IMG/VR virus record: IMGVR_UViG_3300033143_005193
Coordinates: 1-64,000 of that record
Length of the DNA stretch: 64,000 nucleotides
Direction: 5' to 3' (one strand)
From: a virus
Under the pieces are notes generated by a model. That model was given only the letters and a program-made list of their open reading frames with translations. It was not told the origin of the DNA and did not search any database. Positions 8,821-18,860 of the stretch are shown here, in pieces. The position numbers and the translations under genes are program-made. Numbering within the stretch: the first letter of the stretch is position 1; each line of letters starts with the position of its first letter.

Positions 8821-10575
8821 TTAATCTATTTCATTTATAATATTTTTTATACTTTCTACTTTATCTATATTATTCAACATTTCATTGATAAAATTTTCAG
8901 TTTGTCGTATTGTTCTACGGCCACAACTTGTAATGGCTTCAGCAATATTTGTATTAAAATATCTTGAGTATGGAACAGAAGTAATACCAAATACAGCATT
9001 AAGAACGATCTTAATACTCCATTGTTTTGCAAATAATTGAGCAACTCTTTTATCTTTTGAATTTTTTCTTTTTATTTCCTTCATTTTATTTTTAGTTTCA
9101 ACTCTTTTATTAAAATATTCTCTCAAGACTCTAACTATAATACCTTCTTTTGTGTTGTTAAAAACCGAACCACAAGGAGCAATGGAAACCATTTTCTTTT
9201 CTACCATAAGATTGAATTTTTTTAACATTTTATTTTTAAATTCAATCCTATCACCGTTTATTTTATACATATTAAATGGAGGAAAATTATTATTCCGTGT
9301 ATAATATATAACCATATCTTCCGTTATACCAACAATTCTACCAACATAAGTTTCTGTTGACATATTAAGACAAATCATGTGTGAAGGATATGAGCTTGTT
9401 AAATCAACTGAAGAAACCCATTTATACATTCCCTTTTGTGGTTCTTTAACATAAGCAGCTTCAAAACCTTTTTGAGTACCACCTTCAAAAAACGGAGCAC
9501 ATAAATTATTTCTTCTATAATGTGTTAAAAGAGCACCTTCTATCAATTGTGTCATAGCATTATAATACTTCATCGGGCATTTTGTTAAAAGTGAAAGAGA
9601 TTGAACCAAATTTATATAACCTAATTTATTTTCTAACTGATTTACTCTTTCACAGTCAATAATGTTATATTCAACATATTTGTCATAATTTCCATTATAT
9701 AATTCATTAAGATTTTTATATTCAGAATAATCTAATTTACCTTCTTCAAGCTCTGTTTTAGAAACAAAATCAAGAGTATAACTTTCAAGTTTCTTTGGTG
9801 AATACCATCTATACAAATCATAATAATCAAGAATAGTTATACCAGCAATATCAATATTCATTGAATTATCTAATTTTGATCTCCATGTTCTAACAATATT
9901 AATTGGTGAAAGTTTATTATATTCATTTTCACCAACTATTTTAATCGAACGATTTATAATATATGGTAAGTCAAATAAAAAAATATTATAACCTGATATA
10001 ACATCAACACTACACTTATGAAAAAATGAAAGAAATTTCTTTATTAAAGAATACTCATCTTTACAATAAATGAACTTAACATTTTTCATTCTACCAGTAT
10101 ACGGTTTAGAACCAAATGTATAAGTTTTTCCTGTAGATCCATTTCTAATGGAAATAAGAGAAATTGGATCATTGGCGTCTTCTGGTTTTGGGAAACCATC
10201 ATAAGCTGCAACTTCAATATCTAAATAATAAATAGATAAATCAGGAACTTCTAAATCATCATCAGGAATAGTATGATATCTTTCAGATAAAAATTGAATT
10301 TCAGGTTTTACTTTATTTTCAAATATATCATATCTATCTTTAACAAAATCATAATAATCATTATAAGTATCAAAATCTCTTTTTACAACAGAAACACCAT
10401 TAAGTGTTTTGATATTACCTTTTTTACTCTTTAGAAAAACATAAGGCGTCCAGGGAATTTCAGTATAAAGGTTTTTACCATTCACTTGTTCCCATAAATG
10501 AATTTTACTCTTTTTTGTGTTATAAAAACAATTTTTAAAAATTTTTATCACCTCTCTTTCCATTATTATCTTCAT
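8821..10575 (-). CDS. Family B DNA polymerase, N-terminal subunit (gp43A-like: exonuclease, motifs A and B)
   Basis: DIEV ExoI, GYNIFLFD ExoII, YNIID ExoIII, DLTSSYPS motif A, KIVLNAVFG motif B. Confidence 0.92.
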   Translation of the reverse strand: MKIIMEREVIKIFKNCFYNTKKSKIHLWEQVNGKNLYTEIPWTPYVFLKSKKGNIKTLNGVSVVKRDFDTYNDYYDFVKDRYDIFENKVKPEIQFLSERYHTIPDDDLEVPDLSIYYLDIEVAAYDGFPKPEDANDPISLISIRNGSTGKTYTFGSKPYTGRMKNVKFIYCKDEYSLIKKFLSFFHKCSVDVISGYNIFLFDLPYIINRSIKIVGENEYNKLSPINIVRTWRSKLDNSMNIDIAGITILDYYDLYRWYSPKKLESYTLDFVSKTELEEGKLDYSEYKNLNELYNGNYDKYVEYNIIDCERVNQLENKLGYINLVQSLSLLTKCPMKYYNAMTQLIEGALLTHYRRNNLCAPFFEGGTQKGFEAAYVKEPQKGMYKWVSSVDLTSSYPSHMICLNMSTETYVGRIVGITEDMVIYYTRNNNFPPFNMYKINGDRIEFKNKMLKKFNLMVEKKMVSIAPCGSVFNNTKEGIIVRVLREYFNKRVETKNKMKEIKRKNSKDKRVAQLFAKQWSIKIVLNAVFGITSVPYSRYFNTNIAEAITSCGRRTIRQTENFINEMLNNIDKVESIKNIINEID

Positions 10576-10580
10576 ATGTT

Positions 10581-10609
10581 ATAATATAACAAACCACAAA
10601 AAATGTAAA
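10581..10609 (-). promoter_or_regulatory. Sigma70-type promoter for the polymerase genes
   Basis: TTTACA-17-TATTAT on minus strand. Confidence 0.5.
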
Positions 10610-10614
10610 TATTA

Positions 10615-10622
10615 TATAAATA
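10615..10622 (+). promoter_or_regulatory. Late promoter TATAAATA
   Basis: Exact consensus 35 bp upstream of 10657. Confidence 0.6.
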
Positions 10623-10656
10623 ATATATAAAGAACTTTAAAAGGAAAAATAAAAAG

Positions 10657-11463
10657 ATGGGTAAATTTATTAGATATTTAGATGAATCAATAGTTATAGA
10701 AAAAAAGATTGGTTATATGATAACAAAAAATTGTCAACCATTTCTTAAAGAAATAAAACAACATAATATCAAAAAATTCATTTATAGAGGAACTTACAAA
10801 AGGATTAATGATATAAAAAAAATAATACCAAGAAAAAATAGAAAACCAAAAGATATGTCACCAGATTTACAGAAATTATTTGATGAATTTTTCTATGAAA
10901 AATTTAGATGGAGACCGAGAAGCGAAGGAGTATTTACTATAGGAGATATAAAATCAATAAGAGGCATTTACGGGACACCATATATTTTTGTCCCAATTGG
11001 AGAATATGAATATTTATGGAGCCCTGATGTGGATGATCTTTATGAAGAAACCGATTGTGAAGACTATAGTGATGAATTTGATGATTTTGGTTTGGAAGAT
11101 GACTGGGAAAATAGATATGGTGAAGAAGAAAATGGAACATGGGAATATGACGGCGAACCATTAAATATACGTAATAAACATGAAGCTATAGAATATATAG
11201 AAAATGAAATTGATGAAAATTTTAATCCATCAAAACTTAAATGGATACCTGAAATGTCATATGAAGAATTTTATAATGAAACTAAAGAAGAATTTGAAGA
11301 AAAAAAAGAATATTTAATTAAAAATATTGTAGATAGTTACTTAGATACAGAATTATTAAGAAAAGCAATAAACAAAAAACATGAAATAATGTTTAAATGT
11401 GATTCCTATTATTTAATAAACGGGGAATACGAAGATTATTTAAAAACGTTTATGTTTGGATAA
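10657..11463 (+). CDS. ADP-ribosyltransferase-like paralogue 1 (acidic insert)
   Basis: IYRG...EGVFT...YG.PYIF...HEIMF; MGKFIRYLDE N-terminus. Confidence 0.5.
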   Translation: MGKFIRYLDESIVIEKKIGYMITKNCQPFLKEIKQHNIKKFIYRGTYKRINDIKKIIPRKNRKPKDMSPDLQKLFDEFFYEKFRWRPRSEGVFTIGDIKSIRGIYGTPYIFVPIGEYEYLWSPDVDDLYEETDCEDYSDEFDDFGLEDDWENRYGEEENGTWEYDGEPLNIRNKHEAIEYIENEIDENFNPSKLKWIPEMSYEEFYNETKEEFEEKKEYLIKNIVDSYLDTELLRKAINKKHEIMFKCDSYYLINGEYEDYLKTFMFG

Positions 11464-11469
11464 AAAACA

Positions 11470-12327
11470 ATGACAAAACTATACGAATATTTAAAAAAAG
11501 ATGAAAGTATCTTTCTTAATAAATTAAGTAAAGATATTCAGAAAAATTGTCAACCATTTATCAAAGAATTTAAATCATCTAATGTAAAATATTTTTTATA
11601 TAGAGCAACTAAAAAAAACATAAAATTCTATGATAAAATAATTCCAAGAAAAGATAGAAAACCAAGAGACACACCACTTCATATTCATAAATTAATTGAT
11701 GATATATTTAAGGATAAATTTGGATGGAAACCAAGAAGTGAAGGTGTATTTGTTAATCCTAATAAAACCGTAATATCAGAATATGGTAATGCTTATATTT
11801 TCATTCCAATAGGAAAATATGAATACTTATGGTCACCTAAAATAGATGATTTATATAATGAAATTAAATTAACAATAAGACTTAAATGCAATCTTCCAAT
11901 AAAAGAAATAACATTTGAAAAATTTAAAAACATTGATAAATTCAAAATAGAATATGAAAAATATAAAGAACCCGAATCTCTTGGTGGTTCCTGGTGGTAT
12001 AAAAACATAGACACAGGATATACTAAAAAATATAATGCAATAGATTATTTAAAAAAATTCAAAAATATTAAAGAAGATGAAATGGAAATATATATGTCAG
12101 ATGATTTTAGATGGATTCCAAAAATGACATTTGAAAAATTCATAGAAAAAAAATACAGAGAACTAATGAAAACAATTGAAAAAATTATAAAAGAAAAAGC
12201 AGAAACATATAAAACAAATAATTTAAAAGAACTGGTTTTAACTATTAATGAAGCAATGTTCAAATGTAATTCCTATTATCTTATAAATCCTAATTTTTTT
12301 GAAAAATTAAAAAATAATTTATTTTAA
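11470..12327 (+). CDS. ADP-ribosyltransferase-like paralogue 2
   Basis: LYRA...EGVFV...YG.AYIF...NEAMF; clear paralogue of 10657. Confidence 0.5.
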   Translation: MTKLYEYLKKDESIFLNKLSKDIQKNCQPFIKEFKSSNVKYFLYRATKKNIKFYDKIIPRKDRKPRDTPLHIHKLIDDIFKDKFGWKPRSEGVFVNPNKTVISEYGNAYIFIPIGKYEYLWSPKIDDLYNEIKLTIRLKCNLPIKEITFEKFKNIDKFKIEYEKYKEPESLGGSWWYKNIDTGYTKKYNAIDYLKKFKNIKEDEMEIYMSDDFRWIPKMTFEKFIEKKYRELMKTIEKIIKEKAETYKTNNLKELVLTINEAMFKCNSYYLINPNFFEKLKNNLF

Positions 12328-12333
12328 TAAAAA

Positions 12334-12607
12334 TTTTATGTTTACATTTTCTAAAATTCTGTTATAATAAGCATGGGTTCGCGCGGGGAAAGATATAGCA
12401 TTAGGGAATAGGATATTGTTAGTATGATAGAATAATGGAATGAAATAGGAATGAAATAATGATAGTATGATAGAATAATAAAATAATAAAATAATAAAAT
12501 AGAATGTTAGGATAGAATAGAATAGAATAGAATAGAATAGAATAGAATAGTGGAATAGAATGTTAGGATAGAATAATGGAATATTAGAATAGAATATTTT
12601 TAGAAAC
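12334..12607 (+). ncRNA. Promoter plus putative C-free non-coding transcript, copy 1
   Basis: GTTTAC-17-TATAAT with extended -10 TG (12340-12368); 12334-12447 identical to 30863-30976; no C from 12400 to 12607; (TAGAA)n run; no ORF. Confidence 0.5.
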
Positions 12608-12651
12608 AGTAATCCCTAAAGAATTAAACAAAGTTCAGTTCCATATTTATT

Positions 12652-12873
12652 TTAAATATAAATCACAAGAGCTTTTGTAAATGGATATACCAAAACAATA
12701 TATCCATTTTTTTCTAAATGTTTTTTTATATTTAAAGCGTGTTCATAATATTCTTCTTTATTATCAAATGAAAATTTCACATTTTTTTGTATTTTGTTCT
12801 TAACACCACTTTTAATTAATTCTGAATTAATCAAATCTAAAACATCAACATAAATTTCTCTAAAATTTCTCAA
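12652..12873 (-). CDS. Hypothetical protein
   Basis: ORF track; distant similarity to 12877 (F-x-N-(K/R)-E-x-Y...L...GY.V). Confidence 0.55.
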   Translation of the reverse strand: MRNFREIYVDVLDLINSELIKSGVKNKIQKNVKFSFDNKEEYYEHALNIKKHLEKNGYIVLVYPFTKALVIYI

Positions 12874-12876
12874 CTT

Positions 12877-13224
12877 CTATTTCTCCATATTATTATAAAG
12901 ATTTACCATACAATCCATACAACCTTCACAAGCCTTTTTATAGTTCTTTTCATTAAAACAAAATGATGAATCATCTACATCCCATGAAATATTCAAACAA
13001 TGATTAAAATTATTCATTTCAACGTCATAACCATAAACATGACTCAAAACATCAGCAATTCTCTTTCCATATAAATCATAAATTTCTCTATTTTTAAATT
13101 TATAAACAGTAGAAAATGAACCATTTTCTGACTTTATAAGATTATCAATTTCTTTAAAAATATCTTCAATAACATCTTCTTTATACTCCATTGATCTTTT
13201 AAATGCTTCTTTTGCTGTCAACAT
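12877..13224 (-). CDS. Hypothetical early protein
   Basis: AGGAG RBS and consensus promoter upstream. Confidence 0.65.
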   Translation of the reverse strand: MLTAKEAFKRSMEYKEDVIEDIFKEIDNLIKSENGSFSTVYKFKNREIYDLYGKRIADVLSHVYGYDVEMNNFNHCLNISWDVDDSSFCFNEKNYKKACEGCMDCMVNLYNNMEK

Positions 13225-13276
13225 TTTTTCAATCTCCTTTGTAATTAATTATGTAATATCTTTTTTTATAAAAATA

Positions 13277-13305
13277 ATTATACCAAATAATTCTTTTAAT
13301 GTCAA
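13277..13305 (-). promoter_or_regulatory. Consensus sigma70 promoter
   Basis: TTGACA-17-TATAAT. Confidence 0.85.
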
Positions 13306-13318
13306 CATGTAATTCTAA

Positions 13319-14419
13319 TTATTCATGTTTCTTCAACAAAAATGAACAAAAATCACCAGCATACACTTTAACTAAATTTAAATCATTTTTTACTCGTGTT
13401 GGTGTTAATCTATATTCTCTATCACCCAAACCCAATTGACCATAAACATTATTACCAAAAGCATATAATTCACCTAAATCATTTATAGCTAATGAATGAT
13501 ATCCACTACAAACTATTTCTTTCCAATTTGATTCGCTTCCTATTCGTATTGGTATTAATCTATCTTCTTCATCACCTAAGCCTAATTGACCACAATAATT
13601 ATCACCCCAGGCATACAATTCACCATTATCATTAATAGCCAATGAATGATATCTTCCACAAGCAATTTTCTTCCAATTAGATTCGCTTTCTATTTTTGTT
13701 GGTGTTAATTCATCTCCTTCATCACCTAAACCCAACTGACCACAATCATTATTACCACAGGCATACAATTTACCTAAATCATTGATAGCTAATGAATGAT
13801 ATCTTCCACAAGCAATTTTCTTCCAATTTGAATCATTCCCTACTTGTATTGGTGTTGATCTATATTCTCTATTATCTAATCCTAATTGACCATGAATATT
13901 ATCACCCCAAGCATATAATTCACCAGTATCATTGATTGCTAATGAATAACACCAACCACAAGATATTTTAACCCAATTTGATTCGCTTCCTACTCGTGTT
14001 AGTGTTAATCTATTTTCCTCATCACCTAAACCCAATTGACCACAATCATTATTACCACAAGCATATAATTCACCTAAATCATTGATAGCTAATGAATGAT
14101 ATCCACCACAAGCTATTTCTTTCCAATTTGATTCATTTCCTACACGTGTTGGTGTTAATCTATCTTCTTCATCACCTAAGCCCAACTGACCACAATCATT
14201 ATAACCCCAAGAATACAATTCACCACGATTATTAATAGCTAATGAATAATCATAACCACAAGCTATTTTAATTACACTATCAACGCTACCAAGTAATGTT
14301 AATTGCAATATATTTGGAAGACCTTCTAAATTCAATCTATACCCACAAGCATATAAATCATAAATGGTTTCATTGTCAGATCTATCCAAAATTTCATTTG
14401 TTTTATAATACAATGTCAT
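13319..14419 (-). CDS. RCC1-repeat beta-propeller protein, copy 8
   Basis: 50-aa repeats GELYAWGxNxxGQLGLG...IACGxxHSLAI. Confidence 0.95.
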   Translation of the reverse strand: MTLYYKTNEILDRSDNETIYDLYACGYRLNLEGLPNILQLTLLGSVDSVIKIACGYDYSLAINNRGELYSWGYNDCGQLGLGDEEDRLTPTRVGNESNWKEIACGGYHSLAINDLGELYACGNNDCGQLGLGDEENRLTLTRVGSESNWVKISCGWCYSLAINDTGELYAWGDNIHGQLGLDNREYRSTPIQVGNDSNWKKIACGRYHSLAINDLGKLYACGNNDCGQLGLGDEGDELTPTKIESESNWKKIACGRYHSLAINDNGELYAWGDNYCGQLGLGDEEDRLIPIRIGSESNWKEIVCSGYHSLAINDLGELYAFGNNVYGQLGLGDREYRLTPTRVKNDLNLVKVYAGDFCSFLLKKHE

Positions 14420-14431
14420 CTTTATTCACCT

Positions 14432-15502
14432 TTATTCATGCTTTTTCAACAAAAAGGAACAAAAATCACCAGCATACACTTCTACCCAATTTGAATTGCT
14501 TCCTACTCGTATTGGTGTTAATCTATTTTCTTTATCACCTAATCCTAATTGACCACGAGTATTATTACCCCAAGCATATAATTCACCATCATCATTAATA
14601 GCTAATGAATGTGACCTACCACAAGCAATTTTTTTCCAGTTTGATTCATTTCCTATTCGTGTTGGCTCTGATCTATCTATTTCATCACCAGATCCCAATT
14701 GACCATTATAATTACGACCCCAAGCATACAATTCACCTAAATCATCAATGGCTAATGAACAATATTTTCCACAAGTTATTTTAACCCAATTTGAATTATT
14801 CCCTACCCTTGTTGGTGTTAATCTATTTTCATTATCACCCAAACCTAATTCACCATCACCATTATAACCCCAAGCATATAATTCACCTAAATCATTGATT
14901 GCTAATGAATGATATCCACCACAAGCAATTTCTTTCCAATTTGATTCGCTTCCTACTTGTGTTGGTTCTAATCTATTTTCCTCATCACCTAAACCCAATT
15001 GACCATCACCATTATAACCCCAAGCATACAATTCACCCAAATCATTAATAGCTAATGAATGACTCCCACCACAAGCAATTTTCTTCCAATTTGAATTATT
15101 CCCTACTTGTGTTGGTTCTGATTTATATTCTCTATTATCTAATCCTAATTGACCATGAATATTATACCCCCAAGTGTATAATTCACCACGATCATTGATA
15201 GCCAATGAATGATATCCACCACAAGCTATTTCTTTCCAATTTGATTCATTCCCAACCCGTGATATTATATTATCTTTACTATCATAATTCAAAGTATATA
15301 ATTCACCACGATTATTAATAGCTAACAAATGATAATTACCATAAAATATTTTAATTACACCATTAATACTACCAAGTAATATTAATTTTGACCCAAAAAA
15401 TAAACCTTTTAAATTCAATTTACACCCACAAGCATATAAATCATAAATGGTTTCATTGTCAGATCTATCCAAAATTTCATTTATTTTATAATACAATGAC
15501 AT
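14432..15502 (-). CDS. RCC1-repeat protein, copy 7
   Basis: Same repeats; first full blade shortened. Confidence 0.95.
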   Translation of the reverse strand: MSLYYKINEILDRSDNETIYDLYACGCKLNLKGLFFGSKLILLGSINGVIKIFYGNYHLLAINNRGELYTLNYDSKDNIISRVGNESNWKEIACGGYHSLAINDRGELYTWGYNIHGQLGLDNREYKSEPTQVGNNSNWKKIACGGSHSLAINDLGELYAWGYNGDGQLGLGDEENRLEPTQVGSESNWKEIACGGYHSLAINDLGELYAWGYNGDGELGLGDNENRLTPTRVGNNSNWVKITCGKYCSLAIDDLGELYAWGRNYNGQLGSGDEIDRSEPTRIGNESNWKKIACGRSHSLAINDDGELYAWGNNTRGQLGLGDKENRLTPIRVGSNSNWVEVYAGDFCSFLLKKHE

Positions 15503-15514
15503 TTTTATTTACCT

Positions 15515-16618
15515 TTATTCATGTTTTTTCAACAAAAATGAACAAAAACCACCAGCATACACTTCTTTCCAATTCAAACTATTTCCTACCTGTATTGGTA
15601 TTGATCTATTTATTTCATCACCTAATCCTAATTGACCATGAGTATTATTGCCCCAAGCATACAATTCACCATCATCATTAATAGCTAATGAATGACACAA
15701 CCCACAAGATATTTTTTTCCAATTTGAATCACTTCCAACTCGCGTTGGTATTAATTTGTTTTCATTATCACCTAAGCCTAATTGACCATCGCCATTATAA
15801 CCCCAAGCATATAATTCACCATGATTATCAATAGCCAATGAATGATCATAACCACAAGCTATTTCTTTCCAATTTGATTCATTTTCTATCCGTGTTGGTG
15901 TTAATCTATTTTTCCTATTATCCAATCCTAATTGACCATAATAATTACGACCCCAAGCATACAATTCACCTAAATCATTGATAGCTAATGAATGGTATCT
16001 TCCACAAGCTATTTTAATCCAATTTGATTCATTTCCAACTTGTGTTGGTTCTAATCTATTTAAAATATCACCTAATCCTAATTGACCACAATAATTATCA
16101 CCCCAAGCATACAATTCACCATGATCATTGATAGCTAATGAATAATATCCTCCACAAGCAATTTCTTTTCAATTTGAATTATTCCCTACCCTTGTTGGTG
16201 TTAATCTATTTTCATTATCACCCAAACCTAATTCACCATCACAATTATAACCCCAAGCATATAATTCACCTAAATCATTGATAGATAATGAATGGTATCC
16301 ACCACAAGCAATTTCTTTCCAATTTGATTCATTTTCTACACGTGTTGGTTCTAATCTATCTTCTTCATCACACAATACCAATTGACCACAATCATTATAA
16401 CCCCAAGAATACAATTCACCACGATTATTAATAGCCAATGAATGAAATATACCACAAGCTATTTTAATTACATTATTAACGCTACCAAGTAGCAACGTTA
16501 ATTGTGATGTATCTGGAAAACCATTTAAATTTAATTTATACCCACAAGCATACAAATCATAAATGGTTTCATTGTCAAATTTATTCAAAATTTCATTTGT
16601 TTTATAATACAATGACAT
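15515..16618 (-). pseudogene. RCC1-repeat protein, copy 6, interrupted by one in-frame TGA
   Basis: ORFs 16169-16618 and 15515-16114 share a frame; TGA at 16169-16171 replaces the conserved Trp (NSN*KEIACG). Confidence 0.85.
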
Positions 16619-16632
16619 TTTCTTATTTACCT

Positions 16633-17733
16633 TTATTCATGCTTCTTCAACAAAAATGAACAAAAATCACCAGCATATATTTTGATCCAATTTGATTCAC
16701 TTCCTACTCGTGTTGGTGTTGATCTATTTTCATTATCACCTAATCCCAATTGACCACAATCATTATGACCCCAGTCATATAATTCACCACGATCATTAAT
16801 AGCTAATGAATGATCATAACCACAAGCTATTTTTTTCCAATTAGATTCATTTCCAACTCGTATTTGTTCTAATCTATCTTCTTCATCACCTAAACCTAAT
16901 TGACCATAATAATTATTACCACAAGCATACAATTCACCATAATTATTAATAGCCAATGAATGATCATAACCACAAACTATTTCTTTCCAATTTGAATTAT
17001 TTCCTACTCGTGTTGGTATTAATCTATTTTTCCTATTATCCAATCCTAATTGACCATGATAATTACGACCCCAAGCATACAATTCACCACAATCATTAAT
17101 AGCTAATGAATAATATCCACCACAAGATACATTAACCCAATTTGAATCATTCCCCACCCTTGTTGGTGTTAATCTATCCATTCTATTACCTAAGCCTAAT
17201 TGACCATAACTATTATAACCCCAAGCATACAATTCACCACGATCATTAATAGCCAATGAATGATATCCACCACAAACTATTTTAACCCAATTTGATTCAT
17301 TCCCTACTCGCGTTGGTGTTAATCTATCTATTCTATTACCTAAGCCTAATTGACCATAACCATTATAACCCCAAGAATATAATTCACCCAAATCATTAAT
17401 AGCTAACGAATAACACCACCCACAATCTATTTCTTTCCAATTTGATTCGCTTCCTACTCGTGTTGGTGTTAATCTATTTACTATATTACAAAGACCCAAT
17501 TGACCATAACCATTATAACCCCAAGAATATAATTCACCAGTATCATTAATAGCTAAAAAATGACTACCATTACAAGCTATTTTAATTACATTATCAACGC
17601 TACCGAGTAATGTTAATTGTGATATATTTGGAAAACCATTTAAATTTAATTTATACCCACAAGCATATAAATCATAAATGGTTTCATTGTCAGATCTATC
17701 CAAAATTTCATTTGTTTTATAATACAATGACAT
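16633..17733 (-). CDS. RCC1-repeat protein, copy 5
   Basis: 366 aa, same repeats. Confidence 0.95.
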   Translation of the reverse strand: MSLYYKTNEILDRSDNETIYDLYACGYKLNLNGFPNISQLTLLGSVDNVIKIACNGSHFLAINDTGELYSWGYNGYGQLGLCNIVNRLTPTRVGSESNWKEIDCGWCYSLAINDLGELYSWGYNGYGQLGLGNRIDRLTPTRVGNESNWVKIVCGGYHSLAINDRGELYAWGYNSYGQLGLGNRMDRLTPTRVGNDSNWVNVSCGGYYSLAINDCGELYAWGRNYHGQLGLDNRKNRLIPTRVGNNSNWKEIVCGYDHSLAINNYGELYACGNNYYGQLGLGDEEDRLEQIRVGNESNWKKIACGYDHSLAINDRGELYDWGHNDCGQLGLGDNENRSTPTRVGSESNWIKIYAGDFCSFLLKKHE

Positions 17734-17747
17734 TTTCTTATTTACCT

Positions 17748-18848
17748 TTATTCATGCTTTTTCAACAAAAATGAACAAAAATCACCAGCATATATTTTGA
17801 TCCAATTTGATTCACTTCCTACTCGTGTTAGTGTTGATCTATATTCTCTATCACCAAGACCCAATTGACCACATTCATTATGACCACAAGAATATAATTC
17901 ACCACTGTCATTAATAACTAACGAATGACATAACCCACAAGCTATTTTTTTCCAATTAGATTCATTTCCAACTCGTGTTAGTGTTGATCTATTTACTATA
18001 TCACCTAATCCTAATTGACTATAATAATTACTACCACAAGCATATAATTCACCTAAATCATTTATAGCTAATGAATAATATCTTCCACAAGCAATTTTCT
18101 TCCAATTTGAATTATTCCCTACTCGTGTTGGTGTTGATCTATTTTCATTATCACCCAATCCCAATTGACCATAATTATTATCACCCCAAGCATGTAATTC
18201 ACCACGATTATTAATAGCCAATGAATGAACTGAACCGCAAGCTACTTTAACCCAATTCGAACTATTTCCTACTTGTGTTGGTTCTAATCTATTTACTGTA
18301 TCACCAAGACCCAATTGACCATAATAATTACTACCCCAAGCATACAATTCACCAGTATCATTGATTGCTAATAAATGATATCTTCCACAAAATATATCAA
18401 CCCAATTTGATTCATTCCCTACTCGCGTTGGTGTTAATCTATTTACTGCATCACCAAGACCCAATTGACCATAACCATTATAACCCCAAGCATATAATTC
18501 ACCAATATTATTAATAGCTAATGAATGACTCCCACCACAAGATATTTCTCTCCAATTTGAATTATTTCCTACCCGCATTGGTGTTGATCTATTTACTATA
18601 TTACCAAGACCCAATTGACCATAACCATTATAACCCCAAGCATACAATTCACCATCATCATTAATAGCTAAAAAATGACTACCATTACAAGCTATTTTAA
18701 TTACATTATCAACACTACCAAGTAACGTTAATTGTGATGTATCTGGAAGACCATTTAAATTTAATTTATATCCACAAGCATACAAATCATAAATAGTTTC
18801 ATTATCAAATTTATTCAAAATTTCATTTGTTTTATAATATAATGACAT
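17748..18848 (-). CDS. RCC1-repeat protein, copy 4
   Basis: 366 aa, same repeats. Confidence 0.95.
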   Translation of the reverse strand: MSLYYKTNEILNKFDNETIYDLYACGYKLNLNGLPDTSQLTLLGSVDNVIKIACNGSHFLAINDDGELYAWGYNGYGQLGLGNIVNRSTPMRVGNNSNWREISCGGSHSLAINNIGELYAWGYNGYGQLGLGDAVNRLTPTRVGNESNWVDIFCGRYHLLAINDTGELYAWGSNYYGQLGLGDTVNRLEPTQVGNSSNWVKVACGSVHSLAINNRGELHAWGDNNYGQLGLGDNENRSTPTRVGNNSNWKKIACGRYYSLAINDLGELYACGSNYYSQLGLGDIVNRSTLTRVGNESNWKKIACGLCHSLVINDSGELYSCGHNECGQLGLGDREYRSTLTRVGSESNWIKIYAGDFCSFLLKKHE

Positions 18849-18860
18849 CTTTATCCGCCT

